64,000 nucleotides of DNA. Origin: an uncultured Gammaproteobacteria bacterium. GTDB taxonomy: Bacteria > Patescibacteriota > Microgenomatia > Levybacterales > UBA12049. Below are positions 1 to 8,957 of this stretch, one piece after another. The DNA lies in the NCBI GenBank assembly GCA_964424775.1, contig CAYRJZ010000001.1, positions 18,873-82,872 on the forward strand, written 5' to 3'. A model generated the notes under the pieces. It was not told the DNA's origin. It was given only the letters and a program-made list of their open reading frames with translations, and made no database searches. The translations under genes were made by a program, and so were the position numbers. Within the stretch, counting starts at the first letter, position 1. The number at the start of each line of letters is the position of its first letter.

Positions 1-1174
1 TACTCAGGTCAGCAAACTTCTGAAGTTGGTTACTTAAATCTGGATCGGTACGAACTAACCCTTCAAACCCTGATTTAGCTGCATTTGCATTCGTAAGCTC
101 TGTAACTGCACGAGTAACCTCACCTGCATCTGCTCCTGCTATAGGCGTATAGACACCTGCCCTATTTACTGTCGCATTTGCTTTAAGAAACGCACGTAAT
201 TCAGGAATTTCTTGATGGACTAATTGTTGATAAGCCACAATATCTGCAAACCTGTCTCCAATATTTGCTTCAATAATTACATTGTTCCTAATATCTCGGA
301 GAATCATATCTGGCCTATCGCCTAGATTTACCCGACGTAAAATATCATTTTTTTGATCAGGAGTTAGGGTATGACCAATCTCTTCAAACTTACTTGAGAT
401 ATGATCAAGTACTTCTTGTTGCTCAGTCGTAATTCTTGTTTTTTCTGAATTCAGTCTCTGTAATTCAGGATCTATTTCAACATGACTAAGATCACGAGAA
501 CGGGTACTAATATCCTTCATACGTTTATTTATCTTGGCAAGAAGCTTGGGGTCTGAGGCAAGAGTTCGTTCGAGGAGAAGTGCAACTTGGTCAGCAGGAA
601 GACTCCTGAGTTCAGGAAAAAGAATTCCTACAGATGGATCTTTCATTAATTCAGCAAGACCATTTGCTCGAATGGTATCCCAGTCACGCTTTGATGGAGG
701 AAACCCTTTTTCTTTTAATACATCTGCTTCATTTAGCGTTGGATTTGCTATCTTCATCTGAAGGACATCTAAATAATTAATTACCTTTGAAACATTTCCA
801 ATTGCTCTCTCAGCTTCCTCATGGTTGGTCTTAACTAACGATCTTTCATAATCACCAAGCCCATCAGTATCAACTGTTACTCCCCCTCTTCCCTTTTGAG
901 CCCGCTCTCCACCAAAATGCATGAGGAGTGACTCTTGATCATTGAGCCCAAAATTAGGTGCATGATATGCGTCAAGTCGCTCCATGACAGCATGTCCAGA
1001 CCCCGTTTCTTTCTTTACCTGTGTTAACTCTTGTGCAACGGTAAATGAGTCTTCTAATGCTCGTTCAACACTTCTTGAAGAGAGCCTTCTCACTGCGTCA
1101 ACATCTGGTGTAAGGAGAAGTGCATCTGTTGCTTTAAAAACTCGTGGTTCTTCTGGTGTTGGCAGTGATGACAT
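1..1174 (-). CDS. hypothetical protein, 5'-complete and 3'-partial; continues beyond the window start
   Basis: Manual translation of the minus strand gives an uninterrupted ORF from the ATG at 1172-1174 (MSSLPTPEEPRVFKATDALL...) to position 1. It is not in the ORF track because it runs off the window. The two plus-strand track ORFs inside it (534-761, 984-1349) look like antisense artefacts. No family recognised. Confidence 0.5.
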   Translation of the reverse strand, partial: MSSLPTPEEPRVFKATDALLLTPDVDAVRRLSSRSVERALEDSFTVAQELTQVKKETGSGHAVMERLDAYHAPNFGLNDQESLLMHFGGERAQKGRGGVTVDTDGLGDYERSLVKTNHEEAERAIGNVSKVINYLDVLQMKIANPTLNEADVLKEKGFPPSKRDWDTIRANGLAELMKDPSVGILFPELRSLPADQVALLLERTLASDPKLLAKINKRMKDISTRSRDLSHVEIDPELQRLNSEKTRITTEQQEVLDHISSKFEEIGHTLTPDQKNDILRRVNLGDRPDMILRDIRNNVIIEANIGDRFADIVAYQQLVHQEIPELRAFLKANATVNRAGVYTPIAGADAGEVTRAVTELTNANAAKSGFEGLVRTDPDLSNQLQKFADLS

Positions 1175-1179
1175 AATTA

Positions 1180-1485
1180 TTACTGGCTATTTTCCATCTG
1201 AGCCAGTTCAGACTCTATTTTTCCAATTAAATCCTTCTTTTTTAAATCCAGAAAAACATTTATATAGATATCCCATCGAAGGGATAGTTCACGAAGAGCT
1301 TGAGTCAGCTCTCCAAGCGTTTGTGCTTTCTCTACTCGAGATAAAATAAAATGAGCGGAAGCAGCAGCTTCATCTGTCAAAATCTGCTCTCTTTCTAATC
1401 CGGCAATGACCGCATCTGCAAGATCATCATAAACTTTCTTTTTCATTTCCACAGAAAGAGGTTGACGTGAAACATCCATATACAT
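1180..1485 (-). CDS. hypothetical small alpha-helical protein (101 aa)
   Basis: ORF-track entry. Its stop lies 5 nt from the start of the downstream minus-strand ORF, an operon-like arrangement. Divergent from the T4SS-like module. No family recognised. Confidence 0.4.
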   Translation of the reverse strand: MYMDVSRQPLSVEMKKKVYDDLADAVIAGLEREQILTDEAAASAHFILSRVEKAQTLGELTQALRELSLRWDIYINVFLDLKKKDLIGKIESELAQMENSQ

Positions 1486-1593
1486 CTACTATAGCCTTCT
1501 TTTAAAATTAATGTCAAACGTAATTCAAGGTAAATAAGTTCAGTTAGAATTTTCACAAAAAGTAGTACTATTTAGCTCCTCTTTTGAGCTATT

Positions 1594-2922
1594 TTGAGTT
1601 ACTTGCATACAAATTTTTCACGTTATACACTTTTAGCAATAGATATACTCCCTGCCCGCCTCAGAATTCTTTTTGTGGCTACCAGGGCTACATTTGTTAT
1701 GGAAAACCATCCTATACCACAAGACGTAACCGGGTTTCAGTTTAAGCTCATCGGGAGTATGACTATTAAACAATTTGCGTATGTGGCAGCGGGGTCAGTT
1801 GTAGCTGTATTAACATACTATATTCCATTCCCTTTCCTCTTCAAGCTTATTGTTATTCCAATTTCTGGTGGATTAGGTGTCGCACTTGCCTTTCTTCCAA
1901 TCGAAGGACGGCCTCTTGACGTTATGCTGGGGAATTTCTTGAAAGATCTCTTCAATCCTACACAGTATATCTACCAGAAAACAGGAGGGACACTTCTCCT
2001 TTCGACTATTGATCTTGCGCATATACAGAGACAAACAACACAACTAGCAGCTAAATCTCATACTGATGAAAAAATAGTAAAAGCCCGAGCCGAACAACTC
2101 TCAAAATTACTTAGAACAGTGAGTACATCAACAAAAACCCAACTAGATGAAAAAGAAGAAGTATTTCTTAAGGCACTTTTTAATCCGCAGGCTCAAGGGC
2201 CAATGATGGTTACACAAAATGGACAGCCATCAATTCAGGAACACAGACTTTCAGAAGCTGAACTACTTCGTGCAAAAGTCGGACCTAACTTAGAACAGCA
2301 GGAAGATGCTCTTGAGAAGGAAGCTGAGGCCATAAAAAAAGAGCTTGAATTAGCAAAAGTCGAGGAACATACTCTTGAGGTTAATCATCAAGAGACAACA
2401 GAGGTACATACTGAAGTGGTAACGCTTGAGCAGCAATTGCAAGATATTATGCAGCAAAAACAACAGCTTGAGCAGGATCTTCTCAAGTTAAAAGAACAGA
2501 TGGAGCAACCTCAGAAAAAAGTTCAGCCACAACAGCCAGCTCAACCTATTGCTCCAGCAATAAATGTGCACAGCATTCCAACGGATCAGGCAAAACAGGT
2601 TGGCCTTCCCGCTGTCTCTGATCATCCAAATGTTGTAGCTGGAATTGTTCGTGATTCACGTGGAAATGTTCTTCCTAATATCCTTGTTGAAATAAAAGAT
2701 ACAAATGGCAATCCTGTTCGAGCCTTTAAAACAAATGGACTCGGTCAATTCGCATCCGCAACAGCACTCGCTAACGGGACCTACACAATTGAATTTGAAG
2801 ACACCAGAGGAAAACATCGCTTTGAAGTTGTGCAAATTGAAGCAAAAGGAGAAGTTATGCTTCCTCTTGAAGTAATCTCAATTGATGATAGAGAATTATT
2901 AAGAAGAGAGTTATTTAGTTAA
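1594..2922 (+). CDS. PrgI/VirB3-like membrane protein with Q-rich coiled coil and C-terminal carboxypeptidase-regulatory-like beta-sandwich domain
   Basis: The N-terminal segment FQFKLIGSMTIKQFAYVAAG plus two hydrophobic helices resembles PrgI/TcpE-type small T4SS membrane proteins encoded upstream of VirB4. The middle is E/Q/K-rich coiled coil (QQKQQLEQDLLKLKEQMEQ). The C-terminus (VVAGIVRDSRGNVLPNILVEIKDTNGNPVRAFKTNGLGQF...GTYTIEF) matches the CarboxypepD_reg/Cna-B-like fold pattern. An alternative start at 1699 (MENHPIP...) is possible. Confidence 0.55.
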   Translation: MSYLHTNFSRYTLLAIDILPARLRILFVATRATFVMENHPIPQDVTGFQFKLIGSMTIKQFAYVAAGSVVAVLTYYIPFPFLFKLIVIPISGGLGVALAFLPIEGRPLDVMLGNFLKDLFNPTQYIYQKTGGTLLLSTIDLAHIQRQTTQLAAKSHTDEKIVKARAEQLSKLLRTVSTSTKTQLDEKEEVFLKALFNPQAQGPMMVTQNGQPSIQEHRLSEAELLRAKVGPNLEQQEDALEKEAEAIKKELELAKVEEHTLEVNHQETTEVHTEVVTLEQQLQDIMQQKQQLEQDLLKLKEQMEQPQKKVQPQQPAQPIAPAINVHSIPTDQAKQVGLPAVSDHPNVVAGIVRDSRGNVLPNILVEIKDTNGNPVRAFKTNGLGQFASATALANGTYTIEFEDTRGKHRFEVVQIEAKGEVMLPLEVISIDDRELLRRELFS

Positions 2923-2923
2923 T

Positions 2924-3583
2924 ATGAAATCACCTGCCCAAAAAATACATGCAACAACGCAAAAGTTTACTGAAATCATAGACATAGTTGACAATGTCGT
3001 CATTCTCGCTGGAGGAAATGCAGCACTTGTTATTGAGATCACAGCGAGTAACTTTGCTCTTCTCTCAAAAAAAGAACAAGACTCAAAGATATTTGCCTAC
3101 GCCTCACTTCTCAACTCACTTACCTTCCCTATTGAAATTCTCATACGTAATAAAAGAATTGATATTACATCATACTTAAAAGAATTAGATGAAGAAGAAC
3201 TGACTACAAAAAATGAACTACTTGCACAGCACATCCGTCTTTACCGAGAATTTGTTCGTGAGATGGTACGAGTAAATGTCGTTCTCAATAAGACTTTCTA
3301 TATTGTTATTCCTTTCTCTTCCCTTGAAGCAGGTCTAAGTGGCGTTAAACAATCATTTGGCAAAAATGAGGCAGAAAAGCAGGCATTTGCAGAGGCAGCC
3401 AAAAAAGCTCTTAATGGAAAAGCTGAGTCTGTTCATGCACAACTTGCCAAACTATCAGTTGCATCAAAAACACTTGAAAAAGAAGAGCTTATTAAACTCT
3501 TCTATGATATTTTTAATGACTCCACCATACAAGGGACACAAGCACAAAGTGATATCGGAAGTCCGATTATTAAAGGAGCGTAA
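2924..3583 (+). CDS. VirB4-family N-terminal-like protein (possible N-terminal fragment of a split VirB4)
   Basis: The motif IIDIVDNVVILAGGNAALVIEITASNFALLSKKEQDSKIFAYASLLNS resembles the extreme N-terminus of Gram-positive-type VirB4 ATPases (PrgJ/TcpF/Orf16-like). It ends with TAA 2 nt before the ATG of the VirB4 ATPase ORF, which is in a different frame. Confidence 0.5.
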   Translation: MKSPAQKIHATTQKFTEIIDIVDNVVILAGGNAALVIEITASNFALLSKKEQDSKIFAYASLLNSLTFPIEILIRNKRIDITSYLKELDEEELTTKNELLAQHIRLYREFVREMVRVNVVLNKTFYIVIPFSSLEAGLSGVKQSFGKNEAEKQAFAEAAKKALNGKAESVHAQLAKLSVASKTLEKEELIKLFYDIFNDSTIQGTQAQSDIGSPIIKGA

Positions 3584-3585
3584 AG

Positions 3586-5505
3586 ATGAAATTACCATTT
3601 GGAAAAACAAAACCATCAACTCAACAGACTACACCCCAACCAGGACAACCTAGTCCAGCCATTCAACATTTGGAAAAAGGAATGGTAAGTCTTGTTGATG
3701 TTATTGCCCCCTCCTCTGTTGAGGTAGACTTCAAGTATATTCGTGTTGGCGAAAAATTTTATTCCACTCTCTTTATTGTGGGCTACCCACGCTACGTTTC
3801 ACCTAATTGGCTGCAACCAATTATTGATTATGACCACACTTTGGATATCGCAATGTATTGTTATCCAACTTCATCCTCAGATGTTCTTGACGATATTAAA
3901 AGAAAGATTGCAGAAATGGAGGCAACATTACAAAGTGATGCAGAGAATGGACATCCACCAGATCCACGAGTTGAGGCAGCGCTCGAAGATGCCCTTGCTC
4001 TTCAAGAAGAACTTGCAAAAGGAGTTGAACGTTTTTTCCAGTTCAGCTTTTATATTACACTTTCTGCTGATAGCTTAAACGAACTTGAAGATGCAAGTAA
4101 ACAACTAAAAACGACACTTGCTTCGCTTCTTTTGTCTGCAAAGACGGCAACCCTTCAGATGGAAGAAGGGTTTAAATCAACTATTCCCTTCGCACAAGAT
4201 AGGCTTTTCATTACACGAAATATGGACACAACATCCCTTGCTTCAACTTTCCCTTTTACATCAGCAGTTCTCACTCAAAATAAAGGAGTTATGTACGGCA
4301 TAAATCAACAAAATGGCTCACTTATCATCTTTGACCGATTCTCACTTGAAAATGCAAACGAAGTTGTTCTCGGTAAGTCTGGAGCAGGAAAATCATATCT
4401 TATAAAGCTGGAAATTATGAGACAGTTCATGTTGGGAACAGAAGTCATTGTTGTAGATCCTGAAGGGGAATATGAGGCACTCGCACGAACCTTGGGTGGT
4501 GAAGCGGTATCATTCACCTCATCCTCCCCTATTAAAATTAATCCTTTTGATCTTTCACAACTTTATGAACCAGGAGAAAACGAGTTGGGTTTGAAGATTC
4601 TCTCTCTTCATGGGCTTCTTAAGCTTATCATGGGGCAGCTTGATGCAGAACATGATGCGATTTTAGATAAAGCTCTTGTTGAAACATATAGACAAAAAGG
4701 AATTACACCAGATCCTGAAACACAGAAAAAAGCACCTCCTCTTCTTGAAGATCTCTATAAAACATTACTGGGTATGGAGACACAACCTGCAAAAGAGATG
4801 GCATATCGACTTGAAAAATTTATCCAAGGAAGTGCCGCCGGCATTTTCAATCAACCGTCTAACTTCGATATCACCAATCCTCTCACCATTTTCTCGATTA
4901 AAAACCTTGAAGAAGAGTTACGACCAATAGCAATGCATATAATTCTTGATTTTGTCTGGACGAAAGTGAAAAAGTCACTTAAGAAAAGACTTCTTATTTT
5001 GGATGAAGCGTGGTATATGATGAAGTATGAAGACTCAGCCTCATTTGTGTATTCAATTGCAAAAAGAGCACGAAAATATTACTTAGGTTTAACTACAGCA
5101 ACTCAAGACGTTGAGGACTTTCTCAAAACTGACTATGGGAAGGCAGTCCTCACAAATTCATCTATCCAGATACTATTAAAACAAGGAACTGCTGAGGTAG
5201 ATATGGTGGGAGAGGTATTCTATCTATCAGAGGGAGAAAGAGAGCTACTATTATCCGCTGACATAGGAGAAGGCCTTTTCTTTGCTGGACAGAACCACGT
5301 AGCCATGAAGGTACTCGGAGCGCAATTTGAACATGAAATAATTACTTCAAATCCTCAAGAAGTTTTGGCAGCACAACAAACACAAAATGGTCAGGCATAT
5401 CAACCGTCTACACCTACACCTACACCTACAGCTGAACCAACGGTTACGCCTCAAGAGATAGCCAACCAACCGCTACCTCAACCTCCCCTATCACAAATTC
5501 CGTAG
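3586..5505 (+). CDS. virB4: type IV secretion/conjugation ATPase, VirB4/TrbE/CagE family
   Basis: Carries the VirB4 N-domain signature (EVDFKYIRVGEKFYSTLFIVGYPRYVSPNWLQPII), Walker A (VVLGKSGAGKSYLIKLE) and Walker B with the family-typical DEAW box (RLLILDEAWYMM). The C-terminus has a Pro/Thr-rich tail (TPTPTPTAEPTVTPQE). Confidence 0.85.
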   Translation: MKLPFGKTKPSTQQTTPQPGQPSPAIQHLEKGMVSLVDVIAPSSVEVDFKYIRVGEKFYSTLFIVGYPRYVSPNWLQPIIDYDHTLDIAMYCYPTSSSDVLDDIKRKIAEMEATLQSDAENGHPPDPRVEAALEDALALQEELAKGVERFFQFSFYITLSADSLNELEDASKQLKTTLASLLLSAKTATLQMEEGFKSTIPFAQDRLFITRNMDTTSLASTFPFTSAVLTQNKGVMYGINQQNGSLIIFDRFSLENANEVVLGKSGAGKSYLIKLEIMRQFMLGTEVIVVDPEGEYEALARTLGGEAVSFTSSSPIKINPFDLSQLYEPGENELGLKILSLHGLLKLIMGQLDAEHDAILDKALVETYRQKGITPDPETQKKAPPLLEDLYKTLLGMETQPAKEMAYRLEKFIQGSAAGIFNQPSNFDITNPLTIFSIKNLEEELRPIAMHIILDFVWTKVKKSLKKRLLILDEAWYMMKYEDSASFVYSIAKRARKYYLGLTTATQDVEDFLKTDYGKAVLTNSSIQILLKQGTAEVDMVGEVFYLSEGERELLLSADIGEGLFFAGQNHVAMKVLGAQFEHEIITSNPQEVLAAQQTQNGQAYQPSTPTPTPTAEPTVTPQEIANQPLPQPPLSQIP

Positions 5506-5535
5506 TAAGAAAAATCATGCTACGATTAAAGATAT

Positions 5536-6750
5536 ATGGATGACGAGCAGTATCGAGATGATCAAGATCAACAAGAAAATTCGGAAGATAATTCATCTTC
5601 ACAAAGACCAAGTATTAACCAATTAAGACGGTCTCTTCAAAATAGACAAGTTGGCAGATCTTCACCTTTTAGATTACCCGGACTCTCAAAGATTGGTGGG
5701 AAGTCAGGATCTGGTGGCATAGGGACAACGATCAAAACAGGTGCACAAGCAGCTCGTGTAGTAGCTTTCTTTGGAACAGGTCCTGGAATTGTAGTGCTGA
5801 TTTTGCTTCTCATTTTAGTAATTATTATTCTCTTTTTTCTTGTCTTTGACCTCTCAAGTAAAGGTGTCTCAGTAACGTTGACGAAGACTGGTCCGGAGGA
5901 AGTTGAAAATGGAGAGTCTATTACTTATGATCTCAAAGTAAACTATACCGGTTCACCTCGAGAAATTGTTGTGACTGACAAAATCCCCCTCGATACTGAA
6001 TTTGTTGCTGCATCAGGCGCTGGTAATCCGACATACGACCCAACCACAAGAACAGTAACATGGAGAATCCCAATCTCCAGGAGTGGCACAAGGACAGGAA
6101 GCGCATCAGGTGATATCGTCGCGCTCCTCCCATCTACCATTCCCACGGATCCCTCAGGAGTGGATACGATAAAGGAAACCATCCTTTCTCATTTCCGTAA
6201 CTACCCTGATCTAATAACACAGTATAAAGATGCTTCCTCTACAACAGGTATCCCTTGGCAGGTTTTTGCTGGAATGCACTGGCGTGAAGGTGATGCTCTC
6301 CCAAATTACTCACTAACAAGTGGACGACCTATTGGCGATTTTGAACCAGACAGAAATGCAGCAGGAGATTGTACTGGACCAATAGGGGCTGTCGATGGAA
6401 AGGCTGATATAAATTGTACTTATGCAAACGCAGTTGATGATATTATGTTTGCTGCAGATCATCTCATCGGAAAAATCGGCAAGGTGCCTTCCTCTTATGA
6501 AGAAATCGTTCAGGCATTTTCACGATATAATGGTACTGGTAATGAAAATTGCGGAAGATCACCTTATCCCCACTGTCCACCAGTATTTGAATCAGAAGAT
6601 AGTGCCTACACCCTTAATTTCTTTGATGAAAAGCATGGTACTATGTATGCAATATACTGTAGCGATGGGACTCAGTGTGCATATGGAACGAGAGATCAAA
6701 GACCAGGCGCGCTTACCGTTACCAAATGGGTTGCAGAAGGATTAAATTAA
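5536..6750 (+). CDS. membrane-anchored surface protein with adhesin-type (DUF11/Cna-B-like) repeat and possible lysozyme-like/transglycosylase-like C-terminal domain
   Basis: Acidic disordered N-terminus, then a single strong TM (GIVVLILLLILVIIILFFLVF). The following repeat-like beta domain (SVTLTKTGPEEVENGESITYDLKVNYTGS...TVTWRIPISRSG) resembles the conserved repeat domain of surface adhesins. The Cys-containing C-terminus carries AFSRYNGTGNE, reminiscent of the AYNAG motif of SLT domains; this call is weak. Confidence 0.5.
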   Translation: MDDEQYRDDQDQQENSEDNSSSQRPSINQLRRSLQNRQVGRSSPFRLPGLSKIGGKSGSGGIGTTIKTGAQAARVVAFFGTGPGIVVLILLLILVIIILFFLVFDLSSKGVSVTLTKTGPEEVENGESITYDLKVNYTGSPREIVVTDKIPLDTEFVAASGAGNPTYDPTTRTVTWRIPISRSGTRTGSASGDIVALLPSTIPTDPSGVDTIKETILSHFRNYPDLITQYKDASSTTGIPWQVFAGMHWREGDALPNYSLTSGRPIGDFEPDRNAAGDCTGPIGAVDGKADINCTYANAVDDIMFAADHLIGKIGKVPSSYEEIVQAFSRYNGTGNENCGRSPYPHCPPVFESEDSAYTLNFFDEKHGTMYAIYCSDGTQCAYGTRDQRPGALTVTKWVAEGLN

Positions 6751-6754
6751 GACT

Positions 6755-7345
6755 ATGAACAGAAAAACGCTCTTATTTTTTAGTGTCATCTTCATCATTA
6801 TCGTTCTCCTCTTTCTTTCTCTCATTGTCTTTAGCTTAAGATCACCTCAAAACGGAACAGACAATCAACGTATGCCAAACAACTCACCTGTTCCTACACA
6901 AATTAGTATTGCTCCAAATAGAGTTACTCCTACACAGCCACAAGCAAAGCCAGTACTTATATCTGAACTTCCGAGGGAAGGATTTGCTATACGGACGAAT
7001 GCTCCTGAAGTTATAAATTCAGAACGCGAAATCGCGAAAATACGATCAAGTCTACCATTTATCAGAGATCTCAGTGGTGTGAACAAAAGAAAAATTTCTA
7101 TCGTTATTCCAGGAGCAGAATATCAGGACGATCCTTGGAAATTGACTGTACAAATTTTTGGACCTGATTATCAAATTGCTTCCTCCTCCTCAAATTATCT
7201 GTTAGAGAAAGCATTATTTATCCAAGGAGCAAACTCTGCGTTCTCTTGGATAAGAGAGAATGGAGCAGATTCTAACAAAATCATTATCAAATGGGGAGAT
7301 CAAGCATTCATCCAGCAAAGAGCTGAACAATGGATATCAGAGTAA
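6755..7345 (+). CDS. hypothetical membrane-anchored/secreted protein (N-terminal TM)
   Basis: ORF with an N-terminal hydrophobic anchor (LLFFSVIFIIIVLLFLSLIVF) and a Pro/Thr-rich linker. Sits within the T4SS-like module. Confidence 0.45.
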   Translation: MNRKTLLFFSVIFIIIVLLFLSLIVFSLRSPQNGTDNQRMPNNSPVPTQISIAPNRVTPTQPQAKPVLISELPREGFAIRTNAPEVINSEREIAKIRSSLPFIRDLSGVNKRKISIVIPGAEYQDDPWKLTVQIFGPDYQIASSSSNYLLEKALFIQGANSAFSWIRENGADSNKIIIKWGDQAFIQQRAEQWISE

Positions 7346-7361
7346 CACTTCTTCTCGATCT

Positions 7362-8957
7362 ATGTATAAAGTGAGAATTAATAAAAAATTATTCCTTCTT
7401 CTTACGTCGGTTATTGTCGGATTAGGAATATTCTTTCTATCGACAAAGTTTGGCGAAAACATTTTACCTTCCAAGACAACTGTTTCAGGTATAAAAAAAG
7501 GCGTGCTCCAATCTCAGACTGCTTATGCAGCAGTCGATGTAACAAAATACACTCAATCTCCCTACAACCTTCCTACTCCTGGAGAACCAGAAGAATTAAG
7601 CAGCGAAGCAATAACAATTGCAAACTCCGTCGGTTCGCATGTTGCATCTTTCCAAACTTATCTAACTAGCAAGCACGACGCTCAACTCGTTGATCCATTT
7701 TTATCAGCAATCTGGGCAGCAGCAATTGAAGGAATTACTTCTCCTTATTTCTGGAACTGCAATGATAATGATTCAATAACGGTAAATGATGGATGTGCTG
7801 GCAATTTTTCATCCGGAAATTGGCAAGTAGGATTTGGGATTCAAGTTTCTCAAGCAGCCAATCACATAGTTGAAGATTTTAATGCAGCATATGGGGATGG
7901 AAAAGCAGACGATGCAACTTTTGTAGGTGGAATAGGACAAGCAGTACTTGATTCCGGTAGTATATCTAATCCATCAACATTCCCAAATAAAAAACTTTCA
8001 GAAATATCTGCTGCAGCAATAAATGGAGATTCAGCATCACAACAAGCACTTGCTGTTTTACTCATGGATCAAAAATTAGGTGCAATTGCTGTTGCTCGGG
8101 AAATTGCATCAGACATTGCTGGCAATGGGTCGTGGCGGGGAGCAATGGAAGGATGGGATAGTCCTCCCGACTCCACATATTACACAGATAACATGCAAAA
8201 GTTTTCAAACAGAATGGCTTATCTTGCACAACACTACACTGGCGTCAGCGGTACAGTACCGGGTGGAGGTGTTGGTGGTGGATCATTTACTCTCAGTCTT
8301 GTTCTCAAACCGACAAAAGATGATGTCTATGTCACCAATATTGCAACCGCTTATGCTATCGGCGGCACTGGTGGAACAGGTAGCTCTTCTGCAACGACAA
8401 ATGGGCCAGTCAACCCTGATGCGACCTGTCCTGGAGAAGGACCAATTACTTGCGGAACTCGTGCAGGCAGTGCGCAAGCCTCTGCTTGTCACTGTACTGC
8501 CTCTTATGAAGAAAATGTCACAGGGTGTAATGGATACTGTTCATGGTGTCACCCACCTGATGATGGGGCTGTCTACGCTATTGATATTGCAAATCCCTTA
8601 GACGCACCTGTCTTTATTCCAAAGATATCTGTTGGAGGTGAAGTTCGTACTGTTACCTGTATAGGCTATGGAAACCAAACAGGAAGTACGGAGCCAAATC
8701 AGATCATTCAAATACTCAGTTGCTCTGATGATAAGACGGATGAGGCAGTCTGGATGCAATTTCATCATAGTAAAAAAAGTAATCCAGTTACCGAAGGGAA
8801 AACATATAAATCAGGAGAAACAGTCGGATACTCTGCTGAAATGGAGGTATTTGCTTCAGATCCTCACGTCCATTACCAAATAGGTGTAAGTGGGCCATGC
8901 GGCGCAGGTGGGACAGCAAGTTGCAGGAATGCAGACGAGTTCGTACAATGTAATTAA
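7362..8957 (+). CDS. secreted/membrane-anchored Cys- and Gly-rich protein with C-terminal M23 (LytM-like) peptidase-like domain
   Basis: The likely start is the ATG at 7362 (MYKVRINKKLFLLLTSVIVGLGIFF), because the track start at 7260 overlaps the upstream gene. N-terminal TM anchor, a Gly-rich segment (GGGVGGGSF...GGTGGTGSSS) and many Cys. The C-terminus has HxxxD (CHPPDD) and ...DPHVHYQIGV, resembling the HxH motif of M23 peptidases. Confidence 0.55.
   Translation: MYKVRINKKLFLLLTSVIVGLGIFFLSTKFGENILPSKTTVSGIKKGVLQSQTAYAAVDVTKYTQSPYNLPTPGEPEELSSEAITIANSVGSHVASFQTYLTSKHDAQLVDPFLSAIWAAAIEGITSPYFWNCNDNDSITVNDGCAGNFSSGNWQVGFGIQVSQAANHIVEDFNAAYGDGKADDATFVGGIGQAVLDSGSISNPSTFPNKKLSEISAAAINGDSASQQALAVLLMDQKLGAIAVAREIASDIAGNGSWRGAMEGWDSPPDSTYYTDNMQKFSNRMAYLAQHYTGVSGTVPGGGVGGGSFTLSLVLKPTKDDVYVTNIATAYAIGGTGGTGSSSATTNGPVNPDATCPGEGPITCGTRAGSAQASACHCTASYEENVTGCNGYCSWCHPPDDGAVYAIDIANPLDAPVFIPKISVGGEVRTVTCIGYGNQTGSTEPNQIIQILSCSDDKTDEAVWMQFHHSKKSNPVTEGKTYKSGETVGYSAEMEVFASDPHVHYQIGVSGPCGAGGTASCRNADEFVQCN

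Noticed and set aside
534-1349. Plus-strand ORFs at 534-761 and 984-1349
   Set aside because: They lie entirely inside a longer uninterrupted minus-strand ORF (1-1174) and have odd composition, so they are most likely antisense artefacts.
5401-5460. Short ACACCT/TPTPTP nucleotide repeat
   Set aside because: It encodes a Pro/Thr-rich C-terminal linker of VirB4 and is too short and coding to be a genomic repeat element.
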